Source of the DNA: a virus
IMG/VR virus record: IMGVR_UViG_3300042865_000182
Location: 1-64,000 of that record
Strand: one strand, 5' to 3'
Length of the DNA: 64,000 nt
A model generated the notes under the pieces. It was not told the origin of the DNA. It worked only from the letters and a program-made list of their open reading frames with translations, and ran no database searches. Of this stretch, positions 15,664 to 25,324 are shown piece by piece; position 1 is the stretch's first letter; every line of letters starts with the position of its first letter. A program made the position numbers and the translations under genes.

Positions 15664-15702
15664 GTTTAAACATATCTAGTTTAAACTTTTATTGTATATT
15701 TG
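15664..15702 (+). promoter_or_regulatory. Host-type -7 promoter with two upstream GTTTAAAC palindromes
   Basis: GTTTAAAC at 15664 and 15679; TATATTTG at 15695-15702. Confidence 0.6.
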
Positions 15703-15725
15703 TCTAAACATATAAAATATATAAA

Positions 15726-16019
15726 ATGGAAAACCAACATTTTGAGGAGGAACTAACTCCTGAGCAACTAGCTGAAAAAAAGGCAGATATGCTAAATTTT
15801 TACACTGATTCTATTCCTTATCTTGATGCTCAACTGCTTTATGAACAAAAACTTTTAGCTATTGATGAAGCAAGGTTTAAAAGAATGAGTCTTCAGATGC
15901 AGTATGCTATGATGATGAATGAAGCTAAAAATGCTGAGAATGAAGAAGAAAAGGAAAGAGAAGATCTTATTCAACATGAGGTACCTGCACCAAAAGAAAG
16001 AAAGCTTAAGAAAGACTAA
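15726..16019 (+). CDS. Hypothetical helical protein
   Basis: ORF track. Confidence 0.8.
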   Translation: MENQHFEEELTPEQLAEKKADMLNFYTDSIPYLDAQLLYEQKLLAIDEARFKRMSLQMQYAMMMNEAKNAENEEEKEREDLIQHEVPAPKERKLKKD

Positions 16020-16021
16020 TC

Positions 16022-16381
16022 ATGGCTTTAGTTAATCAGGTACAGAAAAGAGTAATGATGTCTAAAAAAGATGTCATTAAGTTTCAGATTTTAACTCATT
16101 GTTATATTAACCGTATAACAATGAGTGAATCTGATTTAGATTGTTTAACTCTGTTGTCATTACTTGGTCCAATTGAACTTACCCATTTTTGTTATGAAGC
16201 ATCTGATGAACATAAGATATTTAAATCAGAACAGACAGTTAGAAACTGCATAAACAAATGTGAAAAAAACAATCTGGTTTCAAAAGATCCTGCAAATAAA
16301 AAGATTGTGTTTGTTAATCCAGATTTAAAAGTTCAGATAAATGGTGATATTTTATTGGATTTTAAATTTTTAGGTAGATGA
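16022..16381 (+). CDS. Hypothetical protein, possible winged-helix DNA-binding domain
   Basis: ...SEQTVRNCINKCEKNNLVSK... resembles a wHTH recognition helix and wing. Confidence 0.5.
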   Translation: MALVNQVQKRVMMSKKDVIKFQILTHCYINRITMSESDLDCLTLLSLLGPIELTHFCYEASDEHKIFKSEQTVRNCINKCEKNNLVSKDPANKKIVFVNPDLKVQINGDILLDFKFLGR

Positions 16382-16764
16382 TCCCGTATAAATCTAAAGC
16401 TTTATATAAAGAAGTAGCAGAAGAACTTAACATACCTATTAATTTAGTTGAAGATATAATAGAGTACTACTATAAAGAAATAAAAAGTAATATAACAGGT
16501 TTAAAACATTTAAGAATAAATGTTGAAGGTTTGGGTCAGTTTGTTATAAAGGAAAATTTTGTAAAAAAAACAATTCCTAAATATAAAAAAATATTATCTA
16601 ACCATGATACTTCTACATTTAATGCATATCATAATAAAATTATGCTTGAAAAAAAATTAATAGCTTTAGAAAACATAGAAAAACAACTTGCTAAACTTGA
16701 ATTAAAAAAACAAAAGATTACTAATAAAAAAGAAAATTATAAGCTAAATAATAATGAAACATGA
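16378..16764 (+). CDS. HU/IHF-like DNA-binding protein
   Basis: LYKEVAEELNI....VEDII.......RINVEGLGQFVIK. Confidence 0.65.
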   Translation: MIPYKSKALYKEVAEELNIPINLVEDIIEYYYKEIKSNITGLKHLRINVEGLGQFVIKENFVKKTIPKYKKILSNHDTSTFNAYHNKIMLEKKLIALENIEKQLAKLELKKQKITNKKENYKLNNNET

Positions 16765-17060
16765 AGAATACACTAAAACTAATCTGGGACAACCGGAAGC
16801 AGATAATTGAGGGTATAACTAACTCAGTTATCAGAGATGAGACAGTAGAAGAGATAGCAAGATTAAGATTCTCTATCTGTGATGAGTGTGAACACAAAGG
16901 TAGAAAGTGTGCTGTTAAAGGCACAGCTCCATGCTGTAATGAGTGTGGATGTTCTCTTAACTTTAAAACAAGATCCTTATCATCAGAATGTCCATTAGGT
17001 AAATGGGATGCTATTGCTACTGAAGATGAAGAAGATGCATTAGACAACCTTAAAGATTAA
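16761..17060 (+). CDS. Cys-rich Zn-binding-like protein
   Basis: R.SICDEC...CNECGC....KTRS....CPLGKW. Confidence 0.75.
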   Translation: MKNTLKLIWDNRKQIIEGITNSVIRDETVEEIARLRFSICDECEHKGRKCAVKGTAPCCNECGCSLNFKTRSLSSECPLGKWDAIATEDEEDALDNLKD

Positions 17061-17064
17061 AATT

Positions 17065-17394
17065 ATGAATGTACCTATTCCAAATGTATATCATCCAGCT
17101 GGAACTTTAGTTAATGATGGCAGCCAAGTAATTAATACTATACCAGGTAGCACAACTGGTAACGGTTTATTTTCTCAAATAAATACTGGACCATACAGTG
17201 ATCCATGGAACCCTATACATCTAATAGAAGAAAGACTTAGGAAACTAGAAACAGAGAATAAGTTCTTAAGACTAAAGATTCTTTCAATAGAAGGTAAGTT
17301 TACTCAGGAAGAAGTAACTAATATCCGGAAGATGTTGATCTCTGAAGATGAAGCATCAAGAACATTAGCTGAATCAATAATAGACAATGCATAA
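17065..17394 (+). CDS. Hypothetical protein
   Basis: ORF track; C-terminal half similar to that of the next gene. Confidence 0.7.
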   Translation: MNVPIPNVYHPAGTLVNDGSQVINTIPGSTTGNGLFSQINTGPYSDPWNPIHLIEERLRKLETENKFLRLKILSIEGKFTQEEVTNIRKMLISEDEASRTLAESIIDNA

Positions 17395-17638
17395 CTGGGA
17401 ACATTTTCAAACAGATGGTATGGCTGCTCAGGGTCCTAACATTATGTATAGTACAGACACTGATGATAAACTTGCACATTACATGTCTATAGAAAATTCT
17501 GTAGGCTTTGTAGAGTGGATGGAGAGCAGAGGTAAAGTAGATTCTGAGACAGCAAAAAGTTTGATAACTATGTTGAGGTCAGAAGACATAGATAATTTTA
17601 ACATAGCAATACTTGCTATAGAACAATTAAAGAAATGA
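17387..17638 (+). CDS. Hypothetical protein
   Basis: ORF track; GKVDSETAKSLITMLRSED resembles GKFTQEEVTNIRKMLISED of the upstream gene. Confidence 0.7.
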   Translation: MHNWEHFQTDGMAAQGPNIMYSTDTDDKLAHYMSIENSVGFVEWMESRGKVDSETAKSLITMLRSEDIDNFNIAILAIEQLKK

Positions 17639-18465
17639 GTATAGTATTTAATGCAGCAGATCATAGCTATAAAAGCTTAAGTTCAGAAGAAAACATTAGC
17701 TGGACTAGTGTTACATCTGTAGTATCAGCTTTTAAAAAACCTTTTGATGCAAAGAAAACTGCAGAGAAAGTAAGCAAGAATAAAAAGTCAAAATGGTTTG
17801 GCATTGATCCGGTATTAATACAGCAGATATGGACTAATGAAGCAGACAGATCTACTACCTTAGGTACATGGTACCATAACCAAAGAGAAGATGACTTATG
17901 CTCTTTAGCTTCAATAGAAAGGGAAGGAGTTACTGTACCTGTATTTAAACCATCTGGTGAGAATAATGGTATAAGAGTAGCACCAAATCAAAAACTAGAA
18001 CCAGGCGTGTATCCAGAACATATGGTCTATCTTAAGTCAGCAGGCTTATGTGGCCAATCAGATTTAGTTGAAGTAGTCAATGGTAAAGTAAATATCACTG
18101 ACTACAAGACTAATAAGAAGATAGATACGGAGTCATATGTAAACTGGGAGGGTATTCCAGATAAAATGCTACCACCAGTAGATAGCTTAGATGACTGTCA
18201 TTTCTATCACTATGCTTTACAATTGAGTATTTATATGTATATTATATTAAAGCATAATCCTAAACTAAAACCAGGAAGAATATTTATACATCATGTTATA
18301 TTTGAAGTAGAGGCTGAAGATAACTGGGGATACCCTGTAACTAAGAAAGATGAGAATGGAGACCCTGTTATAAAAGAAGTAAAAGCAATTGCAGTACCTT
18401 ATTTAGTAGATGAAGTGCAGGCTATTATTCACTACATGAAAGATAACCCAATTAAAAAGAAATAA
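17635..18465 (+). CDS. PD-(D/E)xK (RecB/Cas4-like) nuclease
   Basis: SVTSVV...GTWYH...E...GQSDLV....ITDYKT...YALQLSIY. Confidence 0.85.
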   Translation: MSIVFNAADHSYKSLSSEENISWTSVTSVVSAFKKPFDAKKTAEKVSKNKKSKWFGIDPVLIQQIWTNEADRSTTLGTWYHNQREDDLCSLASIEREGVTVPVFKPSGENNGIRVAPNQKLEPGVYPEHMVYLKSAGLCGQSDLVEVVNGKVNITDYKTNKKIDTESYVNWEGIPDKMLPPVDSLDDCHFYHYALQLSIYMYIILKHNPKLKPGRIFIHHVIFEVEAEDNWGYPVTKKDENGDPVIKEVKAIAVPYLVDEVQAIIHYMKDNPIKKK

Positions 18466-18980
18466 TGATAGTTAAGCTATTTGAAATACAAAATAATGTA
18501 GTAATACCAACTGAGCACTGTTATACCTTAAAGGCACTTAAAGATATTATGGATGATTATCCAGAAGATTACCTTAAGATATATCAGTATCTGTTCTACA
18601 TGACATGTCCTAACCCAGATATGAATCCATTCTTCTATACACCAGATATAGATAAAGAGAATTTAATCATGCAGCAGATAGAAGGTGAGTTCTCAACAGA
18701 AGATGATGCAGTATTTACTGCGCTTAAATTCTGTGAAAGAATGTATGAAACACCAACATCCAGAGCATATAAGGGTATTGCATCCATGTTAGATAGATTA
18801 GCAAGATATATGGAAGTAACTACTATCACTGCAGGTAGAGATGGTAATATAAACTCTCTCATTAGTGCAGCTAAAAACTATGAAGCCATTAGACAGTCTT
18901 TCAAAGGAGCCTATAAAGATCTTCAAGAAGAACAGCAAAGTAAAGTAAGAGGTGGACAAGGACTAGCATATGACATGTAA
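18465..18980 (+). CDS. Hypothetical protein, terminase small subunit candidate
   Basis: 171 aa, helical, coupled directly upstream of TerL; inferred from position. Confidence 0.5.
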   Translation: MIVKLFEIQNNVVIPTEHCYTLKALKDIMDDYPEDYLKIYQYLFYMTCPNPDMNPFFYTPDIDKENLIMQQIEGEFSTEDDAVFTALKFCERMYETPTSRAYKGIASMLDRLARYMEVTTITAGRDGNINSLISAAKNYEAIRQSFKGAYKDLQEEQQSKVRGGQGLAYDM

Positions 18981-21187
18981 TGAGTGAAATTTATCAAGAT
19001 ATACCAACCTATGACAACGGAAACTGGACAACCACAAGTTTTGAATCCAGAGAAGAGTTCAGCAACTTTATCTTTGGAGTATTTAAAGAACCAGGTAAGT
19101 ACAACTTCAATGAAACTACCAATAGAGTTTTCATATCTGAGTCACTTAAATTCAAAAAAGATGGAGTATATACTACAGCTCCATTCAAATCAAAAGACTA
19201 TATAGCTTATTGGGATGACCAGAAAGCTAAATGCCGCAAGGGTGTAATAGTTAAAGATAAAGATAACACATGGTTTGTAGCTAGAGAATACTACATGTGG
19301 TTAAACTTCTTACCCATCTTTGACAAAGAGATACAACAGTTTGGCTTTGCTAAAATCAGGGATGCTCAGTATCATATGGCTTTATATGAGTTGTTAGCAG
19401 AACTTAATTACAAACACTCAGCTATCTTAAAGAAAAGGCAGATAGCTTCTTCTTACTATCATATGGGCAAGTTTATAAATCAGCAATGGTTTGAGGCCGG
19501 AGTTACTCTCAAGATGGGTGCAAGTCTTAAGGACTATATTAATGAAAAAGGATCCTGGAAGTTCTTACAAGAATATGCTGCATTCTTAAATGAACACACA
19601 GCATGGTATAGACCTATGTCACCAGACAAAGTAATGATGTGGCAACAGAAGATTGAAGTAAGAAAAGGAGATAGAAAAACAGAAGTTGGTCTTAAAGGTA
19701 CTATACAAGGTATGTCATTTGAGAAAGATCCAACAAATGGTGTAGGGGGTCCAGTTAAATACTTCTTTCATGAGGAGGCTGGGATTGCTCCTAAGATGGA
19801 TCAGACATATGAGTACATGCGCCCGGCCATGAGATCTGGGCTTATTACTACAGGAATGTTTATAGCTGCAGGATCTGTGGGTGATCTATCACAGTGTAAT
19901 CCACTTAGAGATATGATCCTTAATCCATTATCTAAAGATGTATATGCAGTAGAAACTAATCTTATAGATGATAAAGGCACTCAAGGTATGTCAGGTTTAT
20001 TTATTCCTGAACAGTGGTCTATGCCTCCTCATATAGATACTTATGGTAATTCACTTGTAGAAGATGCATTAAAAGCATTAGATGAGCAGTTTGATAAATG
20101 GAAGAAAGAACTAAACCCGGAAGACTACCAGCTTAGGATATCTCAGCATCCAAGAAACATTAAAGAAGCATTTGATCATAGAACAGTATCTGTATTTCCT
20201 ACCCACTTACTTGCAGCACAAGAAAGAAGAATAGAAGAAAAAACCTATGGATATGAGTTCTTAGATATTAGCACAGATGAGAATGGTAAACCTGTAGTTA
20301 TGCCTACAAATAAAAGACCTATATCTGAGTTCCCAATATCTAAAAAGACAGAAGATAAAACAGGAGTATTGGTAGTATGGGAAAGACCAGTTAAAGATGC
20401 AGAGTTTGCTAAAACATATTATGCATCTATTGACCCGGTGTCTGAAGGAAAGACAACTACCTCAGAATCACTATGTTCAATATATGTAATGAAAGCTCCA
20501 ATTCAAGTAACTAAGGTTACTGGTGTTGAAACAGAGACATATATAGAACAGGGTAAAATAGTGGCTGCATGGTGTGGTAGATTTGATGATATAAATAAAA
20601 CTCATCAGAAGCTAGAGTTAATTATAGAATGGTACAATGCCTGGACACTTATAGAGAATAACATATCTCTATTTATTCAGTACATGATATCCAGAAAAAA
20701 ACAAAAGTACCTAGTACCTAAAGGTCAGATTATGTTTCTAAAAGATCTTGGATCCAATGCTAATGTATTTCAGGAGTATGGTTGGAAAAATACAGGTACT
20801 CTTTTTAAGGCACACCTTCTTAGTTATGCTATAGAATATTGTAAAGAGGAAATAGATGTAGAAACAAAACCAGATGGTACAATAGTAAGAACAAAATATG
20901 GTATAGAAAGACTTCCTGATCCTATGCTAATTAAAGAAATGAGAGAATATGCAGATGGAGTCAATGTGGATAGACTGGTTTCCTTTGCTGCTCTTGTTGC
21001 ATTTATGAGAATACAGGAAGCAAATAAAGGTTATCCAAAAATAACAATCATGGATGATGTGGCCAAAAACTTGCAAAAGTCAGAAAATTTGTTTAAATTA
21101 AATAGAAGTCCATTTAGACACATGGGGGGTTCTGGTAATTCATTAAGCAAAGGAATTACAAGATCTCCTTTTAAAAATATTAAATAG
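18980..21187 (+). CDS. terL: Terminase large subunit
   Basis: Walker-A-like ILKKRQIASSY, Walker B FFHEEAG, nuclease YASIDPV...LIENN...NVDRLVS; 735 aa, upstream of portal. Confidence 0.9.
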   Translation: MSEIYQDIPTYDNGNWTTTSFESREEFSNFIFGVFKEPGKYNFNETTNRVFISESLKFKKDGVYTTAPFKSKDYIAYWDDQKAKCRKGVIVKDKDNTWFVAREYYMWLNFLPIFDKEIQQFGFAKIRDAQYHMALYELLAELNYKHSAILKKRQIASSYYHMGKFINQQWFEAGVTLKMGASLKDYINEKGSWKFLQEYAAFLNEHTAWYRPMSPDKVMMWQQKIEVRKGDRKTEVGLKGTIQGMSFEKDPTNGVGGPVKYFFHEEAGIAPKMDQTYEYMRPAMRSGLITTGMFIAAGSVGDLSQCNPLRDMILNPLSKDVYAVETNLIDDKGTQGMSGLFIPEQWSMPPHIDTYGNSLVEDALKALDEQFDKWKKELNPEDYQLRISQHPRNIKEAFDHRTVSVFPTHLLAAQERRIEEKTYGYEFLDISTDENGKPVVMPTNKRPISEFPISKKTEDKTGVLVVWERPVKDAEFAKTYYASIDPVSEGKTTTSESLCSIYVMKAPIQVTKVTGVETETYIEQGKIVAAWCGRFDDINKTHQKLELIIEWYNAWTLIENNISLFIQYMISRKKQKYLVPKGQIMFLKDLGSNANVFQEYGWKNTGTLFKAHLLSYAIEYCKEEIDVETKPDGTIVRTKYGIERLPDPMLIKEMREYADGVNVDRLVSFAALVAFMRIQEANKGYPKITIMDDVAKNLQKSENLFKLNRSPFRHMGGSGNSLSKGITRSPFKNIK

Positions 21188-21192
21188 GTACT

Positions 21193-23943
21193 ATGAAGAT
21201 AATAAATGCCTTACAAGCAAAAGGAGGAGCAACAACAGAAAATAACAGAATGGGTAGCATCACCCAACCGTTACAGTTTATTCCTAAAAAAGAAAAAGAT
21301 GAAAAATGGGCAGCTTGGAATTTAGATTGGTTAGAGTGGCAAGGACTAAAACAAATCCGGAGAAATGCCAGAAGACTAATGAAAAATTACAAACTGGCAA
21401 AAGGTATCATAGATAAGTCTGATTATATAGTAGAAGAGAATAATGATTATAGAGATATTGTAGAAATATTAACTAAAGAAGATATCTCAGCATTAGAGTT
21501 AAAATTTTATCCAATTATACCAAATGTTATTAATGTTTTAGTAGCTGAGTTTGCAAAAAGATCTACTAAACTTACATATAGAGCAGTAGATGAATTTTCA
21601 TATAATGAATTGCTTGAGCAAAAAAGACAAATGGTTGAGGATGTTCTAATTCAAGATGCAAAACTAAAAGTTGCATCAGCTCTCATGGATAAAGGGCTTC
21701 AACCAGATTCAGAAGAGTTTCAACAAGAAACTTCTCCAGAAAAACTTAAATCACTTCCTGAGATTGAAATGTATTTTAGAAAAGATTACAGATCAATGGT
21801 AGAAGAATGGGCAACACATCAACATAAAGTTGATGTTGAAAGATTTAGAATGGATGAGCTTGAAGAAAGAGGTTTTAGAGATATGCTCATTACAGACCGT
21901 GAGTTCTGGCATTTCCGTATGATGGAGGATGATTATGAAGTAGAACTCTGGAATCCAGCTATTTCATTCTATCACAAGTCTCCAGATGCAAGATATATAT
22001 CACAAGCAAACTGGGCAGGTAAAACAGATATGATGACACCAGCCGATGTTATTGATAGATATGGATATTTAATGGATGAAGAACAACTTAGAGCTTTAGA
22101 AGCAGTTTATCCAATTAGATCTGCCGGTTATACTATTGGTGGTTTGCAAAATGATGGTTCTTTCTATGATGGAACCAAGTCTCATGATTGGAATACCAAT
22201 ATGCCATCTCTTGCATACAGACAATATACTACTGCTATGGGTGGTGCTGTATTAGAAGGCGGAGATATTATAACACAAATACTTTCTGAAGGAGAAGATT
22301 ATTATGATCAAGGTACTGCATATTTATTAAGAGTATCTACCATATATTGGAAGTCACAAAGGAAAATTGGACATTTAATTAATATAGATGATAATGGACA
22401 AGTAGAGATGGATATTGTAGATGAAGACTATGTATCTTCTACAAAACCAATTTATGACACTAGATTATTAAAAAATAAAACCAAGGATAACTTAGTTTAT
22501 GGAGAACATATAGATTGGATATGGATTAATGAAGTATGGGGTGGTGTAAAAATAGGACCAAATATTCCATCTTTCTGGGGTATGAATAATCCTGGAGGAT
22601 TTACTCCTATGTATATTGGTGTTGATAAACCTAAAATAGGACCATTAAGATTTCAATTTAAAGGTGACAATTCATTATATGGTTGCAAACTTCCTGTGGA
22701 GGGCGCAGTTTTTTCAGACAGAAATACCAAATCCACAGCACTTATTGACTTAATGAAGCCATACCAGATTGGTTATAATATAGTTAATAATCAGATAGCA
22801 GATATCTTAGTAGATGAGCTTGGTACTATAATCATGCTTGACCAGAACACTTTACCAAGACACTCATTAGGAGAAGATTGGGGTAAGGGTAACTATGCTA
22901 AGGCTTATGTAGCAATGAAAAATTTCCAGATGTTACCTCTAGATACATCTATTACAAATACTGAGAATGCATTAAACTTCCAACATTTCCAAAAATTAGA
23001 TCTATCTCAGACAGAGAGATTAATGTCTAGGATACAGTTAGCTAATCACTTTAAGCAACAAGCTTATGAAGTAATAGGTGTAACTCCACAAAGAATGGGA
23101 CAGCAGATTGCACAAATGACAGCAACAGGTATTGAACAAGCGGCAGCTGCATCATATGCTCAAACTGAAATGTTCTTTGTTCAACACTGTGATTACTTAA
23201 TGCCAAGAGTTCATCAAATGCGTACAGATCTAGCTCAGTATTATCATGCAACAAAACCATCAACTAGATTAAGTTATATAACTACTGCTGATGAAAAGGT
23301 AAACTTTGAAATAAATGGTACTGACCTTTTAATGAGGGATCTTAATATCTTCTGTAGTACAACTGCTAACCATAGAGCTGTTTTAGAGCAACTTAAACAA
23401 ATGGCTATGCAGAATAATACTACAGGAGCTAGTATCTATGATCTTGGTAAAATTGTTCAATCTGATTCTATTGCAGAACTTAACAATGCTCTTAAAGCTT
23501 CTGAACAAAAACAAGAACAACAAAAACAACAAGAACAACAACAACAACAACAAATGCAACAAGAACAACTTCAAAAACAACAAGAGATTGAGAAAATGAA
23601 GCTTGATGCTACTGCTGCAGAAAAAGAAAAAGATAGACAGACTGAGATACTTATAGCAGAAATTAGAGCTGCTGGTTATGGTTCAATGGCTGATGTTAAT
23701 AAAAATGAAATCTCTGACTATCAAGATGCTATGAGAGATATTAGACAAAGTGATCAATACATGGCTCAAAATCAACTTCAAAGAGATAAAGAAGCTACTA
23801 GAACTATGTTAGATAGAGATAAGAATGCAATTGAAAGAGAGAAGTTACAAGTACAAAGAGAGATAGCAGATAAGCAGTTACAAGTAGCTAGAGAGAATAA
23901 AAATAAATATGATAAAGGCGGTTCAGTAAAAAATAAAAAGTAG
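21193..23943 (+). CDS. Portal protein (crAss-like)
   Basis: 916 aa after TerL; YPIIPNVINVLVAE, WIWINEVWGGVKIG, CKLP, IGVTPQRMGQ motifs; long coiled-coil C-terminus. Confidence 0.85.
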   Translation: MKIINALQAKGGATTENNRMGSITQPLQFIPKKEKDEKWAAWNLDWLEWQGLKQIRRNARRLMKNYKLAKGIIDKSDYIVEENNDYRDIVEILTKEDISALELKFYPIIPNVINVLVAEFAKRSTKLTYRAVDEFSYNELLEQKRQMVEDVLIQDAKLKVASALMDKGLQPDSEEFQQETSPEKLKSLPEIEMYFRKDYRSMVEEWATHQHKVDVERFRMDELEERGFRDMLITDREFWHFRMMEDDYEVELWNPAISFYHKSPDARYISQANWAGKTDMMTPADVIDRYGYLMDEEQLRALEAVYPIRSAGYTIGGLQNDGSFYDGTKSHDWNTNMPSLAYRQYTTAMGGAVLEGGDIITQILSEGEDYYDQGTAYLLRVSTIYWKSQRKIGHLINIDDNGQVEMDIVDEDYVSSTKPIYDTRLLKNKTKDNLVYGEHIDWIWINEVWGGVKIGPNIPSFWGMNNPGGFTPMYIGVDKPKIGPLRFQFKGDNSLYGCKLPVEGAVFSDRNTKSTALIDLMKPYQIGYNIVNNQIADILVDELGTIIMLDQNTLPRHSLGEDWGKGNYAKAYVAMKNFQMLPLDTSITNTENALNFQHFQKLDLSQTERLMSRIQLANHFKQQAYEVIGVTPQRMGQQIAQMTATGIEQAAAASYAQTEMFFVQHCDYLMPRVHQMRTDLAQYYHATKPSTRLSYITTADEKVNFEINGTDLLMRDLNIFCSTTANHRAVLEQLKQMAMQNNTTGASIYDLGKIVQSDSIAELNNALKASEQKQEQQKQQEQQQQQQMQQEQLQKQQEIEKMKLDATAAEKEKDRQTEILIAEIRAAGYGSMADVNKNEISDYQDAMRDIRQSDQYMAQNQLQRDKEATRTMLDRDKNAIEREKLQVQREIADKQLQVARENKNKYDKGGSVKNKK
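23503..23586 (+). repeat. CAA-rich poly-Gln tract in the portal gene
   Basis: EQKQEQQKQQEQQQQQQMQQEQLQKQQE. Confidence 0.8.
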
Positions 23944-24035
23944 TATAGCTATATAGTGCAGAAAAAGTTTTGCTAATTTTTAAATTTATCAAGTTTATTT
24001 TGTATATTGAAGTATAACATAAAAAACCAACACTT

Positions 24036-25298
24036 ATGGAAGACACAACTAAAACTGGGGAAACCCAGACATTAGACACTACAACGGTAGGTCAAGTAGA
24101 TGTAAATATTGATCAGATCTTTGGAATACCAGGAGCAGATAATGTAATGTTACCTGATTCTGATAATGAAGATGACAAACCAAAGTCTATGTTCTCTAAA
24201 GAAAATATAGACACCACGTTCCTTGACAACTCAACTGCTACTCCAAAAGAAAAGGAGGAAACAGCTGAAAAGAAAGCAGAAGTTGAAGAAACTATTGCTG
24301 AGCTTGATGGCTTAATTGCACAAGAAGAAGAAGCTGGTAATAAAGGAAGACCTAAAGTAGACAAGTCAGGTCTTGCTGAACTGGCAACTAAAATGATTGA
24401 AGAAGGTACATTAATTCCATTTGATGATGATAAACCATTAGAAGAATATACTACTAAAGACTTCAGAGAGTTATTTGAGGCTAACTTCCAAGAAAGAGAA
24501 GAAAAAGTAAGAAATAATGTACCTAAAGAATTCTTTAATTCACTTCCTGAAGAACTACAGTATGCAGCTAAATATGTAGCTGATGGTGGTCAAGATCTTA
24601 AAGGTCTTTTCAGAACTCTTGCCCAAGTAGAAGAAATGAGACAACTTGATCCATCTGATGAATATGATCAAGCTGAAATTGCAAGACAGTATCTTTATGC
24701 TACTAACTTTGGAACTACTGAAGAAATAGAAGCAGAAATTCAGGATTGGATGGATATGGATAAGCTAGAACAAAAAGCTAATCAATTCAAACCAAAGTTA
24801 GATAGAATGCAAGAAGAAATTATTGCAAGACAATTAGCAGAGCAAGAAGACAGAAAAGAACAACAGCAAGCAGCAGCAAAAGCTTATACCGATAATGTAT
24901 ATAATACTCTAGCTGCAGGTGATATTGGAGGAATTAAACTTGATAAAAAAACACAAGGTTTACTTTATTCAGGATTAGTTCAACCTAACTACCCTTCAAT
25001 TTCTGGTAAACCTACAAACTTACTTGGACATCTACTAGAGAAGTATCAGTTTGTAGAACCAAGACATGATCTTATTGCTGAAGCACTTTGGTTACTTGCT
25101 GATCCAAATGGATATAAAAATAGAGTAAGAGAACAAGGTGGAAAAGCAGCTACAGAAAAAGTAGTAAGACAATTGAAAACAGAAGAGGCTAGAAGAAGTA
25201 CAGCATCTACTCAGTATGATGAACCTGAGAGAAGAAATACAACTACTAGAGCTCCACAAAAAACCATCTCAAGAGCTAATATGTTCAAGAGATTTTAA
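24036..25298 (+). CDS. Acidic scaffold-like protein
   Basis: Acidic, helical, located between portal and MCP. Confidence 0.6.
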   Translation: MEDTTKTGETQTLDTTTVGQVDVNIDQIFGIPGADNVMLPDSDNEDDKPKSMFSKENIDTTFLDNSTATPKEKEETAEKKAEVEETIAELDGLIAQEEEAGNKGRPKVDKSGLAELATKMIEEGTLIPFDDDKPLEEYTTKDFRELFEANFQEREEKVRNNVPKEFFNSLPEELQYAAKYVADGGQDLKGLFRTLAQVEEMRQLDPSDEYDQAEIARQYLYATNFGTTEEIEAEIQDWMDMDKLEQKANQFKPKLDRMQEEIIARQLAEQEDRKEQQQAAAKAYTDNVYNTLAAGDIGGIKLDKKTQGLLYSGLVQPNYPSISGKPTNLLGHLLEKYQFVEPRHDLIAEALWLLADPNGYKNRVREQGGKAATEKVVRQLKTEEARRSTASTQYDEPERRNTTTRAPQKTISRANMFKRF

Positions 25299-25324
25299 TT
25301 AGTAACAAATAAAAACAAATAAAA

